DNA of 64,000 nt. It comes from Octopus sinensis (Eukaryota). The notes under the pieces are model-generated. The model did no database searches. It was given only the letters and a program-made list of their open reading frames with translations, and was not told the DNA's origin. A program made the translations under genes and the position numbers. Every line of letters begins with the position of its first letter. The stretch's first letter is position 1. The stretch covers positions 18,724,001 through 18,788,000 of the forward strand of contig NC_043018.1 in assembly GCF_006345805.1 (NCBI RefSeq), given 5' to 3'. Below, in pieces: positions 24,154 to 38,112 of this stretch.

Positions 24154-24370
24154 ACCCTTAACGTAGCTCTCAGGGAGATTCAGTGTAACACAGAGTGTGA
24201 CAAAGCTGGCCCTTTTTGAAATATAGGTACAACTCATGTTTGCCAGATGAGTGGACTGGAGCAACGTGAAATAAAGTGTCTTGCTGAAGGACACAACGCC
24301 TCGCCGGGAATTGAACTCACAACCTTACGATCATGAGCCAAATGCCCTAACCATTAAGCCACGCACCTTC
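24140..24370 (-). mobile_element. SINE family D, head variant 1, 3' end lost at a (TA)n array
   Basis: Minus strand: ggtgcgtggcttaatggttagggcatttggctcatgatcgtaaggttgtgagttcaattcccggc (A and B boxes, CTCATGA anticodon-like loop), then tgtgtccttcagcaagacacttt. Confidence 0.85.
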
Positions 24371-24570
24371 AACACGACTCTTATGGAACAAACAACTCGA
24401 TTAGACTCCCATGAACATGTAAAGAACTCTGTTTTTTTTGGGGTTTTTTTTATAAAACACACACACACACACACACACACATATAAAGAGGTGAGGATCG
24501 AAATCCTTCAACTTTCTGAGCACTATAATATATTATTTATATTTTTCATTCCTTCTTGCGCTATAAAAGG

Positions 24571-24606
<36 letters not shown>

Positions 24607-24797
24607 GTTGTAAATTTTCATACAAAAACACGTAATTTCTGACGAAGAATCTAACTTTTATTTCAAGAAGGGTTTTTCGTTTTTGTCTTTGGAAGTCATT
24701 AGACACTGAAACAATTTGTAGAACATATATTGGTTTTGTACCAACTTGGATTTGAATTAAAGATCGTTAACACCTATAAAATTTTTTTCCTTTCCTT

Positions 24798-24849
<52 letters not shown>

Positions 24850-24958
24850 ATGGAGACAAAATGCATCCAGGCACTTATGAAGCATAAGAAGCCTACATAC
24901 ACAAGAGCCTTTATGCAGGAACACATACATATAAAGGTGTTTATGCAAATTACATATA

Positions 24959-25343
24959 TCTCTCTATATATAAACGGCAGTTTGTCTGTGCGTGTTTCTG
25001 TGTGTCTGTTTGCTTGTACCCTCACCCTGACCACGGCTTTCAACCGATTCTGATGAAACTTGACACACACATAGCCCAATGTCATAATTCAAAACTAACG
25101 CAGCCAAAATTTTGAAAAGTTTCCCCAGTTCTGAAAAAAATTCGATAAATTCGACATGGGGTCGAGAATCAGAAACACGAACCACAAACTGTCTAGGGGA
25201 CGCAACTCCATCCTTTTTTAACTCTCAAAAAAAATTTACCATCATTTTTTCCATTTTTTTGCTATTTTTTGGCTATAACTCTCTAAAAATGCTTTATAGT
25301 TATTTCCCTTACAAACCTGAGCAACGCTGGGCGATACTGCTAG
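24959..25343 (+). mobile_element. Non-autonomous Helitron (~385 bp)
   Basis: Inserted between A (24958) and T (25344). Starts TCTCTATATATATAAA and ends CTAG, with a degenerate subterminal hairpin cctgagcaacgctggg (25316-25331) and the internal (ctgt)-rich / aaccgatt.tgatgaaactt motif common in small insect and invertebrate Helitrons. Confidence 0.8.
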
Positions 25344-27174
25344 TCATATAATAAACCAGGGTTTTTAAATTTGTATCAGTAGTCACAATGTCAGAGCTTA
25401 GAGCCCTGACAAGCAACTTTTCAAGCATTGTAATACATTTTTTGGCCTTTTGAACAAAGGTTTATATATTCCTGTGTGTAAGCAATAATGTGTTTTAATG
25501 TAGTATGATAATAGAGAATAGAAGTTCAGGTGGTTATGTAAAAATAAGGGGGATAAAACAGAGATGTATATAAAAGAAAATGCATGATAGGGTATATAAT
25601 GAAAGTGCAATAAAGAAGCAGTATATAAGAGCATATAAAAATCCTGTTAGAAAACAGGAGATATGCATATAAAATTATGTAGTGTTAAGTTTACAGTATA
25701 TGCAGGAGAGGAAGCCTTTAAAGAGCACGTTTATAGGCCTGTGGATAAGATTAAAGCAAGAACCCAAAAGCAAAGAGATGAAAACACCAAGAAGGATCGA
25801 TGTAGCGTGGAAGAGTGATACAGTCACCTTGTAGTAAAATGCAGGCGTAACTGGATTCAGGGTTATTTTAACAAACATGAACTATATCAACAAGAGGATA
25901 ACTTGAAGAAATGTAGGATGAATTTCTTCTGGTGAGGGCAAGGAGAAATGAACTCTAATTTAGAATTTTAAAGGCTATGGAAGATTGTTGAATTTTTCAG
26001 ATATGCATAAGGGGGCAATTGTGGTCATTAATGTAAGCAAGAGCATATCAATAACTAATCAGTTAATTTTGTTGTCAGAGATACCATTATCTTTTAAACT
26101 ATAGACATATTTCAATAGTGTCATTGTGTTTCTTTATTCTCATGTCTAAACTGAGCTCATGTTGAATATAACTAGATTTAAAAGTGTTCTTGGTGAGACA
26201 TATGTAGCATTTTATGTCGGTCACTGTCATTATTGGTGGAAACTTTAGTACAATATGCTACACTTTATTTAGTGCATATGTACTTCTATTAAAGCAAGTG
26301 TACAGAGGTAAGGTAACACATAGAAGAATTGTAGTCTTCTGAATCAATACCAGCACTTATTTTCTTTTATCAAAGCCCAGTGCTTATTCTATTGGTCTCT
26401 TTTGCCTAATCACTAAGTTATGGGGACATAAACACACAAACACTGGTTTTCAAGAAGTGGTGGGGGACAAACAAAACACAGACAACTATATCAAAGCCTA
26501 TCAGGAAGGGAACTAATTTCTTCCAGTTAATCCTGACTAAAGAAGAAGCAAAATTATTCATACTGTTGAAATGTTCTTTAAAATTACATCGATTAAAGAT
26601 TTTATGAAACTCGTAGAGATAAGGAAGGAGCTAATTGGCAAAATTCAGTGGGATTAGGCAATATTAAGTCTGGCCGTCAAATGGAAAGGAGGAAGGTTAT
26701 ACCATATAATTTCGCTTTTTCTGATGATCCATGCTAGGCAAGTTATTCAATCCTATCAATGAAGTTTCTATGGCTTAAACCTTCATTGTAAATTACAGCA
26801 GCAGGGTTAAATGTTTCTTTAACAAGATATTGGCCATACTAGTACAACTTACTCTCATATGCTCACCATGCATTCACAACAAAGAGCAATCACAGCACAC
26901 TATACCATGCATCACAAAGCAATCTTAGGTAGAAAAATACTAGTTGATAATAGATCCAAGCTGTAAAAGCCCCTCCTAAAAATAGACGATTAATAATCAG
27001 AGAGTAATGCTCATATCCCAACACAATGCCAAAAAAACCTGCAAATCAAAAAATTAATACATGATTGGTCAAATGGAAGACCAATAGTCAAAAACATTTG
27101 AGTTGTAAAGCCAACATAAATTTGACTTATATATATATATGTATGTATGTATACATATATCTATCTATCTATAT

Positions 27175-27286
<112 letters not shown>

Positions 27287-28005
27287 CATATATATACATA
27301 TATACATGTATGCGTGCATGTAATACCTACAGATATAGATATGTGAGTGTGCATATACATATATTTATGCATATATATTTATTCTAGTATATATACATAT
27401 ATGTATGCATGCATGTATGCATACACACACATTTAAGTATATATGCATATATAAACGCACGCACACATACAAAGTCAGATACATATTAGAGCTTTTAAGC
27501 ATAAATATGTACATACATGTAAGTAAATGCAAATACACACAGGTATGTATGTATGTATGTATGTATATATATATTTATTTATTTATAGCATGTGTGTGTG
27601 GGGGTGTATGGTTGTGTGTTTGTGAGCACTGGGAATTGGTTAAAGAAGTGAAGATCAATCAGGCAAAGAAGGGTTGGAATGAAAAGAAGGATCAATTACA
27701 AGGTAGATTGGTTTTAGAATTAGAGATTTCAAAAAGTAAGTCTACAGAAGAAACGGAAGAAATGAGAAGACAAAAGAGAATGGGTTGGGATTTGATGAAG
27801 TCTGGTGTGTGTCTTTGTCATGGCATACCACTTCCTTTAATGATTTGGCAGCAACAAGAGAGAATGTCTTGAAAATTCTCTTTGGAAATGGTGATGTTTG
27901 CATTTTTTGGTGGGGTTGTCGTTTTTTTCTTTTCCTGATTTACCTACAAAGGCAGTTTTTTTTTAATTTTTATCTAGCTATAAAAATGTGTGTGTGGTGT
28001 GTGTA

Positions 28006-28053
<48 letters not shown>

Positions 28054-28387
28054 TGTGTGTGTGTGTCTGTGTCTGTGTGTGTATGTGTAGAAAGAGAAAT
28101 GCACACATTGTACCTACATAGAAAATATAGGATATATATATCGTACCATATATCGCATACATATCACATTCTGATACGTGCAAATGCATAAACACATACT
28201 TAAATGGACTATCTGCACACACACACACACACACACATAAACACACACATACATGTCGTGCTGGGCTTGTGTATCTATCTATCTATAAATAAATATATAT
28301 ATACACACACACATATATATTACACACACACACAGACATATATATATATATTCACAGCATCATTGTCATCGTTTAACACTTTCTATG

Positions 28388-28429
<42 letters not shown>

Positions 28430-29028
28430 TATACACATACAAATATATATATACACACAAATACATATACACACACATACATACATTTATACATATACAC
28501 ATATATATACACATGCGAATATATACACACACACACACACATATATAAATAAGTTTAGCAGTAAAAGTGTCAGATCCTGATTCACTCATATGTATTTTTC
28601 TACGTATTGTTTTTTTGTCAAGGCCTTCTCCACTTGCTGCATGTCAACATAAATGTGTGTGTGTGTATCTGTGCATTTATATATATATATATATATATAT
28701 ATTGGTGTGCACATGTGCATGTATGTGTGTATGTATCTATGTATGTGTGCATGCATGAGTGTGTGTGTGTCTATGTGAGGGTGTGTGTGTGTGTGCCTGT
28801 GTATCTTCCTAGATCTCAGTAAATATACCATTAATCCTTTCCTGTGATTTTATGGCAGCAGTATCCAGGTTGTTATTTATCCAACCAGAAGCTGGTAATC
28901 CAAAGAGAAGATAGAAACGGAGACAGTGTGCTCTCAGAGGTGATCCAACGTCAGCTATATTTCCGAAGAATTTCCAAAAGAAGAATTTATACTACTGCCT
29001 TCTTTTCACATGCAAATTTTGGATGCAA

Positions 29029-29059
<31 letters not shown>

Positions 29060-29173
29060 TGCACATATAAAACACACACACATATTACACACACACTAAC
29101 ACACATATATATATATATATATATATATTACACACACATGCATAAATATATATATTACCCACATACACATAAG

Positions 29174-29204
<31 letters not shown>

Positions 29205-29307
29205 CATGCACACAGAGACATATATATATTACACATACACACATAAATATATATATTAGACACACACACAAATATATATAATATATATATATTACACACA
29301 CACAAAT

Positions 29308-29341
<34 letters not shown>

Positions 29342-29654
29342 ATATATATATATATATATTAGACACACACACACATATTATACAAAGACACACACATCTT
29401 ACATGTGTACATATTTAAATATTCCCTGTAATGCGCAGAAGCATGCACCAATCACACATGAACCACTCCTAAAGAGGTGCACATACAGAAGCAAACAGGG
29501 TCCAACTCCAAGGAACCAAATGAAAATGTTTGACTCATAATTCAACCATTTGTACCACTCTAGAAAATCTACCTCTTTGGTTCTGTCTGACCGATACGAG
29601 CACGAGGAAAGTGGACGTTAGAAACGTTGATGCATGTGTTTGTATGTTTGCCAT

Positions 29655-29830
29655 GTAAAAAGCACCCAGAACACTTTGTAAAGGGGTTGGCATTAGGAAG
29701 GGCATCCAGCCATAGAAACCTTGCCAAAAACAGTCAACTGGAGCCTGGTGCAGCTCTCTGGTTTCCCAATTCCTGTCAAACTGTTTGATCCATGCCAACA
29801 AGGAAAATAGACGTTAAATGATGATGATGG
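29655..29830 (+). mobile_element. SINE-like family C copy
   Basis: tgtaaaaagcaccc...ggttggcattaggaagggcatccagccatagaaacc...gacgttaaatgatgatgatg. Confidence 0.8.
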
Positions 29831-29920
29831 GTCAATGTGAATGCTTACATTCTGCACGTGGATAGAGCAATCATCAAAGGAAATGTCACAGAGTTCTGGA
29901 CAGCACTGTTTGTTGTCTCT

Positions 29921-30332
29921 AGGTGCAGGAGTAGCTGTGTGGTAAGTAGCTTGTTTACCAGCCACATGGTTCCGGGTTCAGTCCCACTGCGTGGCACCTT
30001 GGGCAAGTGTCTTCTACTATAGCCTCGGGCCGACCAAAGCCTTGTGAGTGGATTTGGAAGATGGAAACTGAAAAGAAGCCCGTCATATATATGTATATAT
30101 ATGTATGCATGTGTGTGTTTGTGTGTCTGTGTTTGTCCCATTAGCATTGCTTGACAACCGATGCTGGTGTGTTTATGTCCCCGTTACTTAGTGGTTCGGC
30201 AAAAGAGACTGATAGAATAAGTACTGGGGTTACAGAAGAATAAGTCCCGGGGTCGAGTTGCTCGATTGAAGGCGGTGCTCCAGCATGGCCGCAGTCAAAT
30301 GACTGAAACAAGTAAAAGAGTAAAAGAGTAAA
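29921..30332 (+). mobile_element. Full-length SINE family A (tRNA head, internal TA/TG microsatellite, second module, (GTAAAAGA)n-like tail)
   Basis: A box gtagctgtgtggtaag, B box gggttcagtccc, ggcaccttgggcaagtgtcttc. High similarity to 32404-32810. Confidence 0.9.
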
Positions 30333-31351
30333 ATTATTCAGTAACACAGCACTTTCTAAAATAGTTCACAAAAGATTTGAGTTACCATCCTTGGAAAACA
30401 GGTAAGGGTTAGTGACAGGATGGGCATCCCGCTATAGAAACAACATCTCAACAGACTTTATTTGTCTAAAGCATTCCAGTAGAGAAGCGAACAATAAACT
30501 GAATGAAAGTCCCAGAAAATAGTTCTTCTGTTCAGTCTCTAAGATTGGTAATCACTCACACAACACACCAGATATATTTTCAAGTATAAAAACTATATAG
30601 TATGAGATACATGTTGTTTCTTCATGAACACCAACAGACAAAATCTAAATTGGTTCCTTAACCAACCTCTCTCTCTCTCTCTCTCTCCCTCTCTCTCTGC
30701 TACAGTATTTTTTCTCTACCCTATAATAGAACTGGTTTGTTTTAATTTGGTACACGACCAGTTTTAGCACAAGAAAACTATGTACAGTTTATTAAATCAA
30801 TTCTAGGTAAATGCTGATAAATGCTTCAATAAGATTTTGCTTATGTGACACCTCATAAGTTATGAAAGCCTAATTTAATTCCGAGTAATATAAAGATGTG
30901 CATGTGAGTGTCTCCAAGACAGATTTGTTTCGTTTCGTTTTTCCTTGCTTTTATTTATTTATTTTTTCTCCCACAAGCTAAAAACCTATAAAATATATTT
31001 TACAATAAAACCAACTACTCTGGTGCTTTGAATATGGAAATCTATAAACCATTTTATCTGGTGCTGTGAAAATGGAAGAGTGCTTCATTTCTGTACATAT
31101 GTAGTCATCATTTAACCCTCTGTCAAACTTGATTGAGTAATCTATGATCAAAAGCCTTCCACTTATGACTTTCCAAAATATCCTTTTCCTTTTTATGAGA
31201 AAACAGGGTATGACTTAAGGGGAATTTGGCTGCTATTTCTAGCAGATCAAGTGACCACATAGCTCTTTCTTTCTCCATACTTGAGTTACTTGGTTGTCAG
31301 ACTGACCCCGATAACATGTATCCATTAACAGGGGATTAATTCAATTAGACT

Positions 31352-31502
31352 CTTGGAGTGGTTGGTGTTAGGAAGGGCATCCAGCCATAGAAACCTTGCC
31401 AAACAGACTGGAACTTGGTGCAGCTCTCTCCAGCTTAGCAGTTCCAGTTAAGCCATCCAACCCATGCCAGCATGGAAAGCAGACACTAAATGACGATGAT
31501 GA
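31352..31502 (+). mobile_element. SINE-like family C copy
   Basis: cttggagtggttggtgttaggaagggcatccagccatagaaacc...cagacactaaatgacgatgatgat. Confidence 0.85.
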
Positions 31503-32403
31503 TGGCATCAAAGAGATTCAGTTCCACTTCCGGCTTCTGGCTACAGTCAAGAAGATTTGAACTCAGCCCCACAATGAGTCACCCTCACCCTACTTCCCTT
31601 CAGGATAGATTGAAAAATTTTAAACTCCAGCTAACTATGGACAACACGGCGCTCAAGGTAAGGCATGAACCACACAATCTAGGTTTGCTGCCTGGCGTTC
31701 TATCGAAGAACTAACATTAAGACATTCATTCATGCATTTCCCTTCCTCCTCTTCTTCTTCATCCCCCCCTCTCCACCACCACACACACTGAAATGCAGAA
31801 CCTCTAAGACACTAGATCTGTTGCCTGGTGCTTGACCAATCCATCAACTCCAAATTAACAAATACTAACTGTGCAGCTTCTTCAACGATCACACGGTTCT
31901 GTGGAACTAATAACTCAACTGCTTGTTTAATATCTTTCTCACCTGTAATTAACAGTGGCCACTCACCTAAGTCTAGAATGTGTTAAATAAAGAGAAATTA
32001 ATAAAAACCAGGAAGTATATGGCTCAGCAAGTCCTTACAAGCCTTGTTACACATTTACTTAACCAAAAATATATTTAACTGGAATCGTTGTCTTCTTCCA
32101 CCTGTCCTTTCTACGCAAGGAAACGCAAGACTTTAACCTACAACTGACATATATGACAATTTAGAAGTTTGATATTTTAGTGCGAAAGGGAATGAGATGC
32201 AGACTTTGGGAAATGAATGATGAGGAAGCTGACTGGATTTTATAGGATGCAATATATAACATGTCACACAGCCAAGTGAACAGGCAATAGAGTGACACGC
32301 AAAGCATGTGCACACGTCTTCTTGGCGGCAGATAGGTTGAGCTGTCAACTTTAAAACCAGTTAATAATTAAGAGTAATTGATCAGAAATCTATACATATA
32401 CAT

Positions 32404-32810
32404 AGGTGCAGGAGTGGCTGTGTGGTAAGTAGCTTGCTAACCAACCACATGGTTCCGGGTTCAGTCCCACCGCGTGGCATCTTGGGCAAGTGTCTTCTGC
32501 TATAGCCCCGGGCCGACCAATGCCTTGTAAGTGGATTTGGTAGATGGAAACTGAAAGAAGCCTGTCGTATATATGTATATATATATATATATGTGAGTGT
32601 GTGTTTGTGTGTCTGTGTTTGTCCCCCTAGCATTGCTTGACAACCGATGCTGGTGTGTTTACGTCCCCGTCACTTAGCGGTTCGGCAAAAGAGACCGATA
32701 GAATAAGTACTGGGCTTACAAAGAATAAGTCCCGGGGTCGATTTGCTCGACTAAAGGCGGTGCTCCAGCATGGCCGCAGTCAAATGACTGAAACAAGTAA
32801 AAGAATAAAA
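32404..32810 (+). mobile_element. Full-length SINE family A
   Basis: Same architecture as 29921-30332, with many CpGs retained (young copy). Confidence 0.9.
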
Positions 32811-33306
32811 GGAAAGAATATCATAGCCCCTAACCTAAGACAGTTCTCTGGATTGCATAATTTATCGTTATTTTTTCATCTAAGGTTGCACAAGAATGCA
32901 TCTTAATGTGCAGTAACATGAAATATTGTATGAAATGCAGAATGCTACTTTGAGGGTGCACCATGATGATACGTAATGTACCTAAGGATTGAACTTAACA
33001 TGCTTAACGCTTGTGGGCAGCCAGTGGTCTGGGACTTGACCCTTTTAACCTCACGGCTGCGGAATACACCAATGTTTACATTTTCAACTTCAGACAAAGA
33101 CAACTGTTCAGTCTTTCAGTCTGCTAGAAAAAGCAGCCAAAATGTCACTCATTCGCACTCAACTACCGTAATAAAGAAAATGAAGGACATATTAGACACT
33201 ACGATCCAACACAGATAAAAGTGGAAATGGTCATTGCAGGAAAGTCTTTGAGTACAGGATGGTCCGATGGCGATTTAGCTGGGCTCAAATAACAATAAGA
33301 CAGTTT

Positions 33307-33416
33307 CATGATGATGACGACGATGACGATGACGATGACGATGATGATGATGATGATGATGACGGTGATGATGATGATGATGATGATGATGACGACGGTG
33401 ATGATGATGATGACAG

Positions 33417-33447
<31 letters not shown>

Positions 33448-33570
33448 AATGACGGTGATGATGATGATGATGGTGGTGACAGTGATGATGATGATGATGA
33501 TGATGATAATGACGGTGATGATGATGATGATGATGATGATAATGACGGTGATGATGATGATGATGATAGC
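33307..33570. repeat. (GAT)n array with repeated gataatgacggt sub-units
   Basis: Directly visible. Confidence 0.95.
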
Positions 33571-33674
33571 AGTGGCAGAAATAGTAATTTCTAACTTTGA
33601 ACAAACATTTAAGAAAAATGGAGAGGTTGGTTCATTCAAGCATCTCCCTGGCTTTTCTTCTCCATCTCCACACA

Positions 33675-33705
<31 letters not shown>

Positions 33706-35262
33706 GAAAAGTAAGTTGAACTGAGGAATGGGAGGAGGAGGAGGAGGAGGAGGAGGAAGAGGACAAATGGTAGTGTTCATGATGATGGTGGTGGTGGTGG
33801 TTGTGATGATGGTGATCATGACGGTTGTAAACAAATCTAAATAACGGTTTTAGCCTGTTTCTTTATTGGAGTGGTGGTCATGGTGGTGGTGGTGGTGGTG
33901 GTGGTGGTGGTGGTGTGGTGGTGGTGGTGGTGATGGCATTGATGGTAGTAGCGGCAGTAGTGGAGGTGGTGGGGTTGTATTGAAGAGGCTCGAGGGAGCA
34001 GAGATTCATCCTGTTAATTTATCCATACCTTGATTAACTTTTATTAATAAGATGATGTATTAATTTGTTTTGTTGACTTTTTTTTTTGTTTACATGATCT
34101 CTTCTTGCTCTTCCTTCTCTTCCATCCACCCTTCTCATCCCCATCACCACCACCACCACCACCACTACCACCACCAACAACAACAACCTAAACAACGTTA
34201 TTAGTAACGTTTGTTAGATTGTGGCATTATTACAACTTCATGTCTCCACTGCTTACGTGTGTGTGTGTGTGTGTGTGTGTAAGCATGTAAATGAGGAATG
34301 TGAGTGTGTGTGTGTGTGTTATTCCGCTTGTTCTCTTCGCTATGTTAGTCTGATGTGCTTGGATTCTTCTTATATTAGACTTAATGGAAAATTATATTAT
34401 GTATGAACAAACGTGTGTGTGCTTATGCACGTGTCTATACATCTCTCTCTCTCTCTCTGTATATATATATATATATTATATATATATATGTGCATGTATG
34501 TGTGTTTGTGTGTGTGTGTGTGCAATACATAATGTATATGTCATATATTGTATTTATATATACATACACACAGACATATATTACACACATATGAAAATAC
34601 TAATATACACACATGCACGTATATATATTAACAAATGCATACATACATATATATATATATATACACACATGCATGTGTATATATTTGTATATATATATTA
34701 ACAAATATATACATACATATATATACTCATATATAGACACACACATATACATTACAGACGAGTATGCACACATAAAAAAAAAATTGTGTATGTGCATATG
34801 TATATGTGTGTATGTATGTGTGTATGTGTGTGTGCATGTATATATTGGTGGCATCTTCTTTCGGTGAAGCTTTATTGACAAGGCCACTCTTGTTCCTGCA
34901 TAATCTCGTCTGATTCCAGAGATTTCTTTAGAAAAGCCGGAGACTTTAATTTCGACGTGTTTATTATCGATCAATCAATATGAAAAGGTGTGGTGGGTTA
35001 GATGGGCGGCGGCAGAGAATATTTCTGGCTACTTGCATTATTTATTTATCTATCTATGTGCAAATCTGGTCCGTTATTCATACCGTTTCCTCTCTTAGGC
35101 ATTCTAATGAAGAATTGTTCTGCTCGGCTTGTTAATTCTCTGGACTATTTTCTGTGTTTGAGATTACGGTATTCATTGCGGCATCTGATTACCTTTCATT
35201 ATTTCTTTACGATTCTCTTTTCTCTATGCACACACAGATATATATATACATATACACACACA

Positions 35263-35328
<66 letters not shown>

Positions 35329-35873
35329 CATATGCATGTGCATGTATGTATAAGCGTACGGACAGACAGACATATATATATTGTAAATATGTATGTGTAG
35401 AAATATGGTTTGTGTGTGCGAGTGTGGATATACGGATATATATCTTAGTGGAAAACTGAAGATAAACAAAACATGAACTGCTGCCAATGATAATTACACC
35501 TAATTACAGGAGCTGTAACACTGTGAGTGATCATGGCAATTTATTAGAAACCACCAAAGACTGGACCATAAATATCTTTAATGACATATCTCCATATCGT
35601 GATTTCAATTCTTCAGGAATTTTCTCCTTACTCTTTCCCCTCTTCCAGACTTACAGGATTACGCTATGATAGTTTTTATTTGTTTAAATTATTCAGGCAG
35701 CAAAGCAAGTGCGGATTCCATGACCCTTTATAGGGTTTCGGAGATTGGCAGAAGGAAGGGGGGAAGGGAGAGAGAGAGAGGGAAAGAGGTATATTTGAAC
35801 TCTAACCTTCGGCCTGAAGAACTTGCAACAGAATGGACTCAAAGAACACCCAAGGCGCTTGGTGGTGGTGGTG

Positions 35874-36097
35874 TTAACTCTTTAGCATTTAAATTGGCCA
35901 TAGCCAAGTATTCCACCTGTTTTATATTCAAACTGTCCAGATCTGGCCTCTCCCACTTACCCTACAATGTCGTTCTAAAAGTAAACGATCACATCGTCAA
36001 AATCTCAAAACCAGAAGATAATGCATGGTCAATTTAAAACAACGTCCAATAAATAAGCATTACATTTGACGGAGTAATCTGGATGCTAAAGAGTTAA
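35874..36097. mobile_element. TTAA-flanked MITE (piggyBac-like)
   Basis: TTAA at 35874-35877 and 36094-36097 bracket perfect 11-bp TIRs CTCTTTAGCAT / ATGCTAAAGAG; no coding capacity. Confidence 0.8.
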
Positions 36098-36419
36098 ACC
36101 AGCAGATGGGATAAGTCCACCACGCATGTAAGTTGTAGCAGGATTAGAACTTAGAATGCAAAGGGCCATAACAAATACCACAAGGCATTACTTTCATGTC
36201 CAGTGTTATTTTAGTTCCTCTGGTGTGTCATATTTGGGTTGCTACTTTTTTTATTGACCCCCCCCCACCTCCCACCAAACAAATGAAAGGCACAGTTGGC
36301 CTAGGTGGGATTTGAACTCAAAACACAAGGAGTCACAACAAATATTACGAAGCATTCTACCCAATGTTCTAATGACTCTGTCACTCTTCATTAACCAGTA
36401 ATATTATTGGGTTTGCGTC

Positions 36420-36540
36420 TAAGGTAGCAAGCTAGCAGAATCGTTAGCATGCCGGGTGGAATGCTTAGCAGTATTTCATCTGCCACTGCATTCCGAGTTC
36501 AAATTCCGCCAAGGTTGACTTTGCCTTTCATCCTTCGGTG
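36420..36540 (+). mobile_element. Family B SINE, 5' half
   Basis: ggtagcaagctagcagaatcgttagcatgccggg...gagttcaaattccgccaaggttgactttgcctttcatccttcgg. Confidence 0.8.
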
Positions 36541-37454
36541 TTTGTCTTCCAAGGGAGGTTTGGTTGCTACTTCTAGCAGGTATCACCACCATGCAGAGCT
36601 TGCCTCAATGCATTGACTTCAAAGCGATTGTTCAGCTGGTTCAGGTTTAGAGTTGGAATCATCTCCAAGACATATTCTTTGAACCAATAGCAACAGAGCC
36701 TGTATGTAGCTGCCAGTCAGCTTGGTTACTATGGCAACCAAATGTTTCTGTATGAACCATTTTTTAGAATCATGACCATATGCATTCTAATAAAAAATTT
36801 GGGGCACCATTTCTCAAACTTCTTCAGTCCAAATCCATTTTGTTTTTTCAAAAATCACACACAACCTAGAATGATACGGCAAAGTGTGTGTGTGTGTGAC
36901 AGAGAGAGAGAGAGAGAGAGAGAGTGTGTAATTACTAATCCTTAAACATAGTAGTACAGAAGAAATGAATACACAGAAAGGATATATGGAAATCTATTTA
37001 TATTAAAGTTAATACACTCAACTGGTTTCACATTTATATGATTTTCAAAAGTGTAAGTTTTGATGAACACGGAGCTGTGTCACAAACTGTATAATTTCAA
37101 GTTGCTGTGTGCGTGTGATTCATGAAATACGTGACTAGGTTCAGGTTTCATCTATCTTTTTATTTTAGATTTCTCATATTTTCTTTTTAGTTTCTCACAG
37201 TTGGTTTGGAATAATAAAGATCCTAAATCCATATCTGATAGTTGCAGACATTCACAATCTCATTTTCAAAAATTGAAATGCATACATTAGTTAGTTGTCC
37301 ATAAGTCAGAAAGAAAAAACAAATACATGCTCAGTATAAGTAACAGAGCAGGTATAGCTACTAGCTATGACAGATAATTAGTTAGAATATTACCATTCAT
37401 TATACATGAAATATCGACAGTAGACAATATTGGCACATGACAATTTTCAGTACA

Positions 37455-37775
37455 TCATCGTCGTCATCATCGTCGTTTAACGTCCGTTCTCCATGCTAGC
37501 ATGGGTTGGACGGTTCGACCGGGTTCTGGGAAGCCAGAAGGCTGCACCAGGCTCCAGTCTAATTTGGCAATGTTTCTACAGCTGGATGCCCTTCCTAACG
37601 CCAACCACTCCGTGAGTGTAGTGGGTGCTTTTTACGTGCCACCTGCACAGGTGCCAGGCGGGGCTGGCAACGGCCACGGTCAGATTGGTGTATTTTATGT
37701 GCCACCGGCACGGAAGCCAGTCGAGGCGGTGCTGGCATCGGCCACGAGTCGGATAGTGCTTTTTACGTACCACCA
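37455..37775 (-). mobile_element. Family C copy carrying three 5' tandem units
   Basis: The motif gtg(c/t)(t/a)tttta(c/t)gt(g/a)ccacc occurs at 37625, 37688 and 37756, followed on the minus strand by the standard family C body. Confidence 0.9.
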
Positions 37776-38066
37776 GACCACGAGACCAACAATAACATTC
37801 TGGCCAGTTATATGCCATAATCAATAATATATTGCTTGACAATATAAAAATACATTTATTATACATGTGTGTTTGGGATTTTTGTTTCCTCTCTTTTTCA
37901 GTTTTTTTTCTCACTTCTTTCACGGACCCTTATCTACATGTCCATTGAGTAGCTGAGCCCCAAAACTCATAATTTTACTCCTTTACTTTTTTCTTTGAGC
38001 ATCAAATTTATATTCACTGTGAACATCTGTTTTTAATGTCTCTTGTAATTTATGAGCCTTAGTATG

Positions 38067-38100
<34 letters not shown>

Positions 38101-38112
38101 TGTATTTATTGT

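Noticed and set aside
24300-24370. tRNA-Met-like sequence (CAT anticodon loop), and other tRNA-like heads at 2380-2449, 29921, 32404 and 38113
   Set aside because: Acceptor stems are incomplete and each continues into a SINE body; these are SINE heads, not tRNA genes.
24638-24680. CTGACGA here and other CTGA(T/A)GA hits (about 13274, 25050, 26722, 35815, 55670) as hammerhead cores
   Set aside because: None has a stem II followed by GAAA together with a complementary stem I.
25400-27050. Possible decayed CR1-like LINE on the minus strand (KL..YG, LSHR, AQFR-like traces); similar trace at 21315-21590
   Set aside because: Motifs are too eroded to call by eye. A translated HMM search would decide.
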